The translations under genes and the position numbers were made by a program. DNA of 60,764 bases, filler included, from Bipalium vagum (Eukaryota), in assembly GCA_037834085.1 (NCBI GenBank). It is 3 parts of 3 records of this genome, joined end to end, with 100 filler letters (N's around TTAATTAATTAA, not from the genome) between each part and the next. Parts side by side here need not be neighbours in the genome. Positions count along the whole stretch, not along the records: positions 41,700 to 60,764 come from JBBMKC010011989.1; 2 more parts are not named here. One strand, 5' to 3'. Below, in pieces: positions 49,960 to 60,764 of the stretch (the stretch's first letter is position 1; each line of letters starts with the position of its first letter). Below the pieces are notes generated by a model. It saw nothing but the letters and a program-made list of their open reading frames with translations. It did not search any database and was not told the origin of the DNA.

Positions 49960-50610
49960 CACCAGAAAGTTAACTATAGATTAAATTTATAAATCCGGTA
50001 AACAATGAAAAAATACGGTCACTGGAAAGCTTCTGGAAAACCTTGAAGAATAAGATGAAAGCCAAGAGAGGCATTTTTGGATCCGTTATGGACTCGTACT
50101 TGCTTGAATGAACTTTGCATCAAAATATACAATGCTGAAATATCCTTGCGTTGATGATTTCTTGACTAATTATAAATAAATATTTAATACTTTATTGCGA
50201 TGTCGATCATTATGTTATCAGCAATTTTATTGGCATTTGAAGCAACCAAACTTGACATGGACTTATCTAGTTGAAAAGTCATTGTGCGGTGATCCATTTA
50301 AATATTTGAAGAAACACAAAAGAAGGCAATTGTATTGGATATTTTCTTCTACAAAACTGGGAAGTTTTGATAATATTGTTAATATTGACAGTAATCCGCT
50401 TCGGCCATAACCCTAAACAATCGACGATAAAGGTGTCTAGTTCAATGATCCATCCTGGAAGTGCTTTTTGAGTTTGCCGCATTTGATCGTCGTAGTAAAC
50501 CAGGTTCGGATAAGATTTCCGATACACGTTTTTTTCAGTGTCAAATGGCTATTTGAAACCAATCAGGAATAGTTTTTTTGGGTGTCTTAACAGGATGTCC
50601 TTTAAAACTA
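49960..50610 (+). mobile_element. Possible Mutator-like (MULE) transposase remnant
   Basis: FYWHLKQ (CxxH-type motif) followed by FKYLKK. The assignment is weak. Confidence 0.25.
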
Positions 50611-50899
50611 AACAAAAGTATATATAGAAACTTCCTTCAAAAAAAAAGGAAAAATAGATTTATTTATTATTGCAACTCCTAAAAAAATCAATCCATTAAT
50701 TTTGAGAATTTATCCGCTCTAAATCAATAAAACTGCACTACTATTCAGAATTAAACAAGTTCAGAAATGAAATTGAGCTCCATCAAAGGAATGTTAAAAA
50801 GAGTTGACTTCAAAAACATGAGTGACATGTTCTCAGCTTGTACCTTGTAAATACCATTTATCTAAAACTCTTCAAAACAAGCCACATGGTAAAGATAAG

Positions 50900-51990
50900 C
50901 TTCCATTATGATTTGATTGTCTCTTTACGATGGTGTGGTAAAAAGTTCTCGGTCAAACAATTATTCCAGCGAAATTAAAGTCTTTTAACTCTATCATCAT
51001 ATTATAATTTATCAAGACCTTCTAAATAGGCATTAGTTTCCTATTGGATCTGAATCGTTTACTAAAAAACCATTTCTTTAAGTTTGGAAACAAAAAATCA
51101 TCTGGTGTTAAATCCGGAGAGTACAGTGGTTGAGGAAACAATCATGTCGTAGTTCATGTAGTTTTCCATGTGCAATTGTTGAAGAATGAGCTGGTGAATT
51201 GTCATGATGAAAAAACATATTTTTGGTCTGTAGATGCTGTTATTTAATCTTGATGTCCTCATTCAATTATTCTCAATAATAATGCATAATATACTGCTGT
51301 GATGGTTTTCACCTTTATTAGATAATCAATCAATAATATTCCCTTTGTATCCGAAAAATGGTTTCCAAAACTTTTCCTTTAACGAATCGCCCTAGAAATT
51401 CAACTGAAGTACGCTGAAACAGCTACAAGCATAGGTTTGACAGATCCATTCTGGGAGCCTTTTGATAAAGGGTCAGAAAACGTGGCAATCATCTTACTGA
51501 TACTTTTTCCATATTTAAATGGTCATGTAGAATCTTTCGCACGCGTTCATTTGAAATCCTTGCAGTTTGATCAAGTTCTTAAACTTTTATACGATGATCA
51601 TCCAAAACTTCGTTGAGACGTTTTTCAATAACTTTATCAGTTGTTGATGTGCATGTTCTTCCTGAACCTTTATCATATTCAATTAATATGCGACTTCGTG
51701 TAAGTTCAACTGTTAATTTTTCGTTTGTTGAAATTGAAGGAGCAAACTCACAAAGTTCAGAATCCATTTGATTATCAATCTTGGTTGGGGTTAAGCCCTT
51801 CAGAGTGAAAAACTTGATCGCAAAACGATGTTCGATTTTGTCCATTTTTTGAAAACTTTCGGGAATTGTTCGATTCAAACATATCTTACAAAGACTGATA
51901 AATTGAAATGAGCGAAAAATCATAATGCAATCACACTGACCGTTGTATTTCTCAAAAAATATCCATTTTATTCAATTGATGTTCCTTTCT
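50900..51990 (-). mobile_element. Mariner (irritans/Himar-like) relic
   Basis: MDKIEHRFAIKFFTLKGLTPTKI...APSIST...SGRT; downstream FFHHDNSPAH and PDLTPDDFLFPNLRKW. Confidence 0.88.
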
Positions 51991-52444
51991 TTTCACCCCA
52001 TCCTCGGATATTCGGAGACATTAACGTTTTTGAGAAAAGAATATACTAAAAAATATACTGGAAAACATGTTCAAAAAGGAAAAATGCTCGAAAAAATCTC
52101 CTCTAACCAAACCCGATTTTTCCAAAAACCAAAAACTTATTAAAATAACTTAAAAGAATTTTTCGTGGAAAATGGAAATATCGAAAAATATTTTTCAACA
52201 ATCTTTACAAAATCAATGAAGTAAAAATATTTCATTTTCATTAGGAATGATTTCCAAACAGAAAGTCAAAGTAATTTCAAATTAATCGATTTTTATTTTT
52301 CTTCTTTTCTGAAAAATATTCATATTTTGTTAACTGAATAATTCTTTTGAAATTGAAATATTTTTATTTATTTATTTATTTTTTGAGGAACTTGATATAT
52401 CTATGACAATCTCGTGGTAAAAAATGAAGAGGAATGATAACTGG

Positions 52445-53241
52445 GTTAAAACAGCCGAGAATGACATGTGAAAACCGGTTTCCGCGCATCAAAGTCATCA
52501 TTAATCTTTGATTTTTTAAAAAACAAAAATCCGGACACTTTTGTTTGTCTCTATCCGTAAAATAAAATTAGCCAGAACATTGCCTGAATTAATAAAGGTA
52601 AAAGGACCTCTTCATGATACATTAATAATGGAAACATCGAATCATATAACTTTAACGTCATATCAGTGCAAAACAGCAAAATCTGTTGCCATTTTGAGCA
52701 CGGTACATCCTGATGTCATTATTCCAAGGGTATCTAATCCTAAGAAAAAACCCGAAAATGTTTTATTTTATAACTAGAACAAATTTGGAGTTGATGTCAT
52801 TGATCAAATGTCAAGGACATATTCCACAAGCGCTAGGAGTAGAGGATGGCCAATGCATGTTTTTTATAATGTTTTGGACTTCTCCCAGATAAATGCTTGG
52901 ATAGCTTATAAAAGCGTGTGCAGAAGTACAATTTCTCGTTGACAGTTTATCCATAAAGTTTTTGAAGACCTCACAGGACATTCTCAATTTGATAAAAGCC
53001 CAAAGGACAATAAAGATGATGACTCCGGTCTATCTGAAACGAAGAAAAGGAGCACATGTGCAATTGGTAAATGCAGAAATAGAACAACAGATCGATGTCA
53101 GATGTGCAAAAAAGTGATTTGTGGAAAATGTTCAATTAGAAAATGCAACTGATGTGTTTTGAAATAAAAATTAATGTAAAACATCAATTGACGCACTTCG
53201 TGTTTGTAAGACGTTCATTTTTCCCGGGTTTCTAGAGTTAA
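52445..53241 (+). mobile_element. piggyBac relic, internally deleted, TTAA-bounded
   Basis: KSVAILSTVH...KKKPENVLFYN*NKFGVDVIDQMSRTYS...RGWPMHVFYNVLD..INAW and a C-terminal Cys-rich finger (C..GKC....C..CKKVICGKC). TTAA at both ends. Confidence 0.9.
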
Positions 53242-53479
53242 TAATGATCCACATAGCATCGAAGTTTGCCTTCTTAGTAAATCAATTCATATTTATTTGA
53301 AAAAGCAATACTCATTGATGTACGATCAATGGAATTAGAAAAAAGAAATATATAGAAAATACAAATCTCAGTATCCGAACAATTTCAAAAGCCATGGAAA
53401 TATATGTCAGCAGATCATTTAATTTACACAAATCTTTCTAAATTTTATATTAATTAAAAATTCACGCCGACTTAAGATT

Positions 53480-54030
53480 TTCCTTGTACCACAACTGTTA
53501 AGAAATTTTTAGCTTTTCGACATTCCGTTCCAGTTTTTTATCATTTTTTCTCTTGGATTGTGAATTTTCTGCGCCAATCTTCAGGGTCCCATGAATCTCT
53601 CTTGGCCTTTGTTTTGATCTTCCACTTTTATAAGAATCTTCTCTTCCACTTCGAACTTTCTTTTTACTTTTGCCCTTGGACTGACAATCTGAGAATGCTT
53701 GACCATAAATTTCTACTTATTTTTCTACCGAACACTATTTCTGCTGGGCTGATTCCTATTGAACTCTGTAATGTGGCATTTAATGTGAATCTGATTTCTT
53801 TCTTTCGGCTAATGTGGCATTGGTAAGTTATGTGACGGTTCTAAATTGTTTCTTGATCTGGCCGTTTGTTGACAGGGGCTAGAATATTTAATTTCTTCGT
53901 CTATGCGTTTTGCAAAGTCCCGCATTCCTTCCGATGTAAATATCTTCCCAAGGTCCACATTGATTGTTCTTGGGCTTCCTTAATACTTTCTTAAACTCAT
54001 CAAATAGAACACAGCTTTGTGTTTCTTAAC
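53480..54030 (-). mobile_element. Possible Gypsy gag remnant
   Basis: Purine-rich, R/K/S-rich coding-like minus strand containing EGMRDFAKRI. Confidence 0.3.
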
Positions 54031-54089
54031 ATTTATGTTGTCATTGGGGTTCAATAACAAATTTAATAGATTTTTTATAAATATAACCC

Positions 54090-55019
54090 GAAGTCAGTAA
54101 AAAAGATTATTCATACTTTAAAATTTACAAAAATAATGGTATATCAAGAAGAAATCAAACCCGGAAAACTTTGACAATGCCTTGAACCCAAGAATAGCAC
54201 GAAAAATGGCAGTTAGAATAAAATATTTGGTTAGACAAGTTAAAACCCCTTTAGGTTGATACACAAAAAGAAATGCTCTCTTCTGGTGAGAAGTATTCCA
54301 CCATTGGCGAAGTTCAAACCGTAGAAATGATAGATACATCTCATATATAAGTGCGAGAGGTGTCCTTGATGACATTAAGAGAATTGCCACGTTAAAACCG
54401 TCCAGCGATGTGATGGTTTTCGGACTGGTATCACAAATGGTAAAAAGTGCGTACAGTAATTTTTGAAAAGGGTTTTAAATTGAATACGGAAGGTTATCTA
54501 ACGATTGTTTTCCCGTGGTTTTCAGTCAACTATGATAACATGGCTATTTTTACAACAGATAGGGGTCCAAGTTACAAAATGTCTCAAAAAAACAGCCAAA
54601 GCATCGCTGAAAGAAAATATAAGCTTCTGGAAGAAATAACATGCCTCTTAGCTCATCTGATTTTAATCTTCTGGATTTCTCAATATGGGTTATGGTCATG
54701 CATAGGCCTCCAAAGTCACCGAATGATCTACAAGATCCTCGAATCTGATACCATCTGATTTTCTTCTCATATGGGGAGTTCAAAAGGTTGAAGTTTATGC
54801 TAATACGCCAAGGACAATTGATCAAAAAACATAAAGTATTCGGAACGAATGGAACTAAAGTTTAGAGGAAACTAGCCAGAAAGTGTGTCGCAGTGTTATA
54901 TTGAAGTTATAGGTCAACATTTTGAACATTTGTAATTACTAAACATATACCTATAAAATTTTTTGTTTATATCTACTTTTTATTTAAGTTTGCGGCTCGG
55001 TTACTTTAGGTACACCCTG
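54090..55019 (+). mobile_element. maT (DD37D)-type transposon relic with 3' TIR
   Basis: EKYSTI...NRRNDRY, KPSSDVMVFG, IFEKGFKLNTEGYL, SSDFNLLDFSIW; TIR ending TTTAGGTACACCCTG. Confidence 0.8.
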
Positions 55020-55738
55020 CATGTTGGTTGACGCTCTCCAATTTCTATTTCTAAAAAACCATTAATACTTCCCAAATTATCATTCCGGTCTAATTACATT
55101 GTGGCATGTTATAGTTTTGAAGGTGAGACTGGGATTAATTCAGGTAATAAATAACATTTATTATTATTATTAATATTATTATTATTATTATATAAATATA
55201 ATATAATATATATATATATAATATTTAATATAATATTGATATTTAATATATTTAATATAAATGAGAAAGGAAAAACAAATTTATTTATAATTTTAATTAA
55301 TTCGAATTAATAAAACAAAAAATCAAATATTTTTGATATATTCCGAAATGTAACGAAATTGGTGAAATTGTGGGTAGGAAGAGATAAATCTTTATCGTAG
55401 AGTGGCTGAAAATAAAATAAAATATAAATAATATTTGATTGATCTAAAACATATTTTTATTTTATATTTATTAAATTGGAAAAAAATTATATTTATGGTT
55501 CATAATGATTTTTATGTGAGATTTTCATCAATATGTTACCGAAAACAAAAACGATCGGGTGAATTACATCTGTTAAAACATTGTAGGGCATTCCACCATA
55601 TTCCAAGGCATTCCAGTTATGGAATGTCTCGTGTTGAGCATTTTATCCCAAAAAACTGAAGGTGCAGAATGAACATCCGTTTTTCGTAAGAGAATTCAGC
55701 CATTAATATTATTTCTTTTCAGTTCAAAATGTTGTACC

Positions 55739-55785
55739 CTTCTTAGTTTATCGACATTGTTTTCGAATGTCGATAAACTAAGAAG
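55739..55785. repeat. Perfect 20-bp inverted repeat with 7-nt loop
   Basis: CTTCTTAGTTTATCGACATT-GTTTTCG-AATGTCGATAAACTAAGAAG. Confidence 0.95.
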
Positions 55786-56171
55786 AAGGATTTTGTTGAC
55801 CAAAATAGTTACTCTTATTTTAACGAAGATTTCGGATAGATTTAAAAATTGTAACACGCTCTTTTAAAGCATAAATAAAAATATAGAATTTTTGGTGCTT
55901 AATGAAGTCGGTTATCGTGATCTGTTAAGACCCCGTGTCACTTGGCAATCCAGAGCGTCTTTGACGTTTGATAACTTTGGCAGCTGGATCTTATCATCAC
56001 GACAGGAATTGTCGTATGTTGATTCTACTGGCATAAAGGATACGATCTGCATCTGATACTGGAGTGTTTGTGTTTACACAGCGTTGTTGCCGGTTGTAAG
56101 ACAAAGACCAGTAATGTTGGGTGGGTTACGTCTTCACACCCTGCTATGATTAATGTGTAGATTGACCGGTA

Positions 56172-57068
56172 AGTCTTGCCATTTCTTTGGTAAAGCTAGA
56201 ATTCTGTCACTGAAGAACTTCTAGTTAATTTTTGACGGTGAAAAACAGAGTCAACATTTTGACCTGGTTTGAGTATTTCTTGGTAAATAATTCCTCTGTA
56301 ATCCCATTAAATGCAAAGTATTACTTTCCTCGGCTTTAATTTTGGCATTGCCAAGTCTTGTGATGTCTCAACAAGTTTTGTCCAAGAGCGCTTTCTATCA
56401 TTTTCTCCTATCCGATCCACTTTTCGTCATCCAAAATAAGATGTTTCAAGAATGGTTAGATAGAATTCTTTTTCAGCATTGTTTGGTTTATTATTGAAAT
56501 TTGGTTAAAATTTTTCGGTGTCTAATCATACGAAACCCATAAATCCAGGTTAAACAGAGCTTTCTTTAAATGGTTTAAAGCGGTTTCATAATGAATTCCG
56601 AAGCCTTCTGCGATTTTATGGCTGCCAATATGTCTGTCTTTCTCCACCTTTTGATGATTTGATCGAATTTTTGACATGGTATCTGACCAGAACGAGGTTT
56701 TTTCTTTGACGTCGATATTTTTCGCATAGCGAAATCGATGGAATCATTTACGGACTGTTCTATCAGATAAGGGATTTGCACAATAAACCGCACCATTTTT
56801 TTCTCAGCTTGCGTTGCACTTTTGTCTTTAATAAAATAAAATTTCATAAGGTATCCAATTTGTTCTTTATTTATGTTCATTTCTAAGTAAAAGTAAATTT
56901 TTATTCATTAACAAAATGCCAAACTTCTTTAAGCAATTTGAATGTTGCGATTGTTAAATTTATATAATTGAAATATTTAAACAAATAAAATATCAATATA
57001 AATATCAGTAGTAGTTCTTCGTCGCCTATTCACAAAATCGGTGGAAAAATTTTAGACAATCCAATATT
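56172..57068 (-). mobile_element. Mariner relic, same family as 37357-38066, with a different internal deletion and truncated 3' end
   Basis: MNINKEQIGYLMKFYF..., DDEKWI, KVILCI*WDYRGIIYQEILKPGQNVDS, fused to FSDRILALPKKWQD. 5' TIR at about 57040-57068. Confidence 0.9.
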
Positions 57069-59206
57069 ATAATACGTATATACATAATAATAAAAAATAT
57101 TATTAATAATAAAATAATACATAATATTAAATTATTATTAATTATAAATATTAATAATAATAATCATTCAGATTGAAGAAACAAATTTAAAAATAAAATG
57201 AACAAATAACGTTATTATTAAAACAACGAAATGAGAAAAAGTCGAAGATTCAACATTTAATATATAATTATTTTGTTATTATTATTATCATTATATTATT
57301 AAAAAGCGAGACCATGTCATTGTATATTATTTGGAGAATGTTAATCAAAAGTCTCAACCATTTGATCTTTGATTTTGGCAAAGAGAAAATCACTCACGAA
57401 TGATATATTTCTCTAGCAATTTTTTTGATCCGATATTAAACTTAGCCACAGAATTAAATTTGTCATTTTAAACAAAATTACTAAAATTTTCGGAGATGAA
57501 TGGAATTTCAATTAATTATTATTTTTCCGTAATTGTAAGAGAGGCCCGCACTGGATATTGGTACAATTTCAATTCTTACGATTAAAACGAATTAGTTCTG
57601 ACTAGACATCGAATATTCTCAGAAAGTATAATTTTTATTATTATTATTATTAACATTTGACAATGGTGAATATGTTGGAAAATTAAGTGATTTTCATTTT
57701 TCATTCGCTTTTAACAAAAAGAATCTTTATCGAAACGCTTATTGAAATCATCTATTAAAACAAATAAATTGATTTTATTTACTTGCAAATCTTAAGAGTT
57801 CATATCACTTTCATTAAAACAAATGTATTAAAATTATATGGGAAATCTTTTGCAAATTTGATTTTTCATAATTGAAAATCAATTAACAAGGGGAGAAATA
57901 GATTATTTTTTCCTTTTAGAAATTAATTTTTGCAGAATGTATTTCAAATGGAAATTATTTCATAGAACAGTCGTAATAAAACAAAAAATATATATATCAC
58001 AAGTCAAGAGCTTTCAGTTTTTCCATTTCCCATGAATATTTTATATATTTGAGGAAAATATAATTAAAATTTTAAGGGCCATATTTTTACAGATTATATC
58101 TCTTTATTTTCACAAAATTATTATCCATTTATTACTATTGGTTGAACATCGATATCACTTATCGATAATATTTATGAATTTCATATTTCTTATGTTATAC
58201 AACTTTTTTAGAAACCAGACTTACAGAGTGATATTTTAATTAGCTGAGCGTTTTATGGAAGCACAGTGACCTAAATATCGACCACTTTCGATATATTTAA
58301 ATAATATACTATATTGTTACAAAAGAAAAACTAAAAAGTAATATCACTTTGAGATTAATTAATCATTTAAAACAAAAACCAAATGCTCCAGTCATTTCAA
58401 CTCAGATTCGAACTATTATATTTAATATTAAATAGAAAAATATAATAATAATAATAATATAAAAATATTAATATATTACTAAACTAGTAGTAGGAATTTC
58501 AGATCTTGAATCGTTATCTTTTCCATCACTAATGATTGGTGTTAATAATGAAGGAAAAATAATCAGTTCAACAAAAAAGCTTAAATAACAATACACAATG
58601 AATAAAAAATTGTCAAATATTCAATTAACCACCATTTTCTGTTATAATTGAAATCAAATAGATCGATTATCACTCGTAACCAATGTCAAAAATAAAATAT
58701 ACAAAAAAATAATAAGTCATTAACCATAAAAATGGATCGATAGTTCACTATGTTAAATAAAAAAATGAAATCAGTATCAATAATAAAAATATGAAGTGTC
58801 AATAAATATCAAACAAATAAATTAAAATCAATAGAAATCAGTAGTAGAATGCAAAAAATCAATAAATAACAATGAAATCAAAATGAAAAGTGAATTGAAA
58901 AATTATCAAACAGTGAACCCTTACTCAACCAAGAGAATTTAACCAACCCTTGGATTGTTAGTTAGACGCATCTAAAGACAATCATATTTAACAGGTCGGT
59001 TGATTTTCCTTTAAAAAAATTGTAGAATATACTGGAATTTATGCTAATAATAACAGTTATATCTTCGTCTACCCTTCTAATCGTAAAAATCTTCTAATAC
59101 GAAAACAGTCAGGAGGTGCAAAAATCTTTTTTATACAAAAAAGTAAGAGATTTCTGAATTTCTGGGTAAATTTAAATGAGTCTCAATTTTGATGACATCA
59201 CATCTA

Positions 59207-59268
<62 letters not shown>

Positions 59269-59943
59269 TATTTTTATTATTATTTTATATTGTTATTTTG
59301 GTCATTTATTTATTCAATATTTGTTACATAAAAAATTTGACAGTTAAAAATTTATCTCAAATGTCGAAGATCAAGGCGATTCAAAATTACTTCTGAAGAA
59401 TGATTAACACGGTCACGGTTGAATGGTTCTATTTTTAATGAAAGTTTTGATCTATCACTGAGGTTTATTAAATGCAAATCGTCTGATAACAGTCTAGGAA
59501 GAATTGAAGGTTTTCCAAATATTCCTTCTTTGAGGTCGGAAATCTTTATATAAATAATTCGTGGGACCATACATAATGATCAATAGATCAGCTGATTATT
59601 AAAAGTATAATTTTTCAAATTCCGGCCGGCGATAATTGATTTTTTTATTTATAAAAAAACAAATCTGCAACGTTTTAGGAAAGTACACAAATTTATATAT
59701 TATGGGGGCAGCCACGTCGAAATGCCAACTATTTCGGACTTTATGCAATTACTTTGGAAATTAATTAACGGAATTCGTTCACCGTTTGCCAATTATTAAG
59801 GCAAATATAAAATTGGTGAATGTGAATAAATAATAATAATAATAATAAACGTATAAAAATATATAATTTAAATAGATAAATTATTATTAATTATTAATAT
59901 TTAATTATATATATATATATAATATTTATTTATTTTTAATATT

Positions 59944-60710
59944 TGTTACGATATTATCTCACTATAAACCCTGTCGTAACCTTAGCTCGAAACGTTACTG
60001 ACCCCTTCACTTGTTCCTATACGTGTACGCAATTGACTAAATCAAACAATTATGAACAACTCTTTATTGTAAAATAACTATACAAACGAGACGGTTCAAA
60101 TAATCAGTAAATGTCTGTAATCAAGTGTTTTTATACAAAAGAAAAATCAAATTTTATCACACTGAAAATCAAATGATAATAATTAATTAAATGATTAAAT
60201 GTCAATATCAAATAAGTGTCTATACGTAAAGGTTAATATAAAAGAAAAAAAATGAATAAAAATTTATATACTCTCACCAATTGTGACGACAGGTCCAAAG
60301 GGTGGTTAGCTGACCCAATCCGGTCCGCTCAGAAACCCCCTAACCGCAAAGGACCCGTCGTGGGCTCCTGTCGCATAAAGGGCATCAATAAGAATTACTG
60401 CAATCTTCAATTAATGACAATGGTTTTTTTCTACTGGCAATAATTCTTCCGACAATCAAAATTAAACAATATTCTTGATCTCAATTCTGTGGTAATCCAC
60501 TGCGGATTCCAACTCCTTATATATTATTCTGATTAAACGATCAATCAATCGTAGACCAGCTTTATCATTGGGGAATGCCGATTCCTTTTTTAGACCGATA
60601 ATTCTAAATCAGTCCCTCCTTGAGGAGCCTGATCTAATCTTGGCAATTTGGGTTCGCCATTGTCAAGATCAGATCCTTTCTAGAAATAATTAATTGCCCT
60701 TTTTATTTGG
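59944..60710. mobile_element. Possible LTR-like sequence
   Basis: Begins TGTTACG after an AT tract and carries a minus-strand AATAAA and a GC-richer block at 60280-60390. No partner LTR in the window. Confidence 0.25.
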
Positions 60711-60764
60711 ATGTACTTTATAATTAATTAATTAATAATTATTTTATTATTATTATTATTATGA

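Noticed and set aside
59352-59570. 72-aa minus-strand ORF considered as a cadherin exon or gag fragment
   Set aside because: No DxNDNxP or other diagnostic motif and no convincing splice sites.
1-60764. CRISPR arrays, operons or prokaryotic defence systems
   Set aside because: No regularly spaced repeats or bacterial gene organisation. The sequence is eukaryotic with spliceosomal introns.

Overview
This is very AT-rich eukaryotic DNA with spliced genes, (TTA)n microsatellites and three N-gaps. The gene and transposon content is compatible with a planarian or other flatworm, which is an inference. Host genes: (1) the first large exon of a divergent beta-catenin paralogue (5556-6674, +), with an intact DSGxxS-T-S phosphodegron, armadillo repeats and a CCAAT promoter; (2) the last three exons of a dihydropyrimidinase/CRMP (unc-33-like) gene (42946-46951, +), which lacks the catalytic Asp; (3) a degenerate tRNA-Ala. 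Most of the rest is decayed transposons: more than ten mariner relics, plus Tc1, maT, rosa-type, hAT/Buster, piggyBac, Merlin, Gypsy and LINE fragments. The most unusual signals are candidate endogenous negative-strand RNA virus L-gene sequences. One is an intact, intronless 386-aa ORF (38750-39910) resembling a bunyavirus L N-terminal cap-snatching endonuclease without its PD motif. Another is a decayed ~1.7 kb minus-strand stretch (about 10370-12105) with Mononegavirales/rhabdovirus L capping-domain motifs in the expected order and spacing. There is also a cluster of TTTATGG (Cdx/posterior Hox) plus Sox/TCF sites at 25.5-26.6 kb and a perfect 20-bp hairpin. The viral assignments come from manual translation and recalled motifs and need HMM confirmation.
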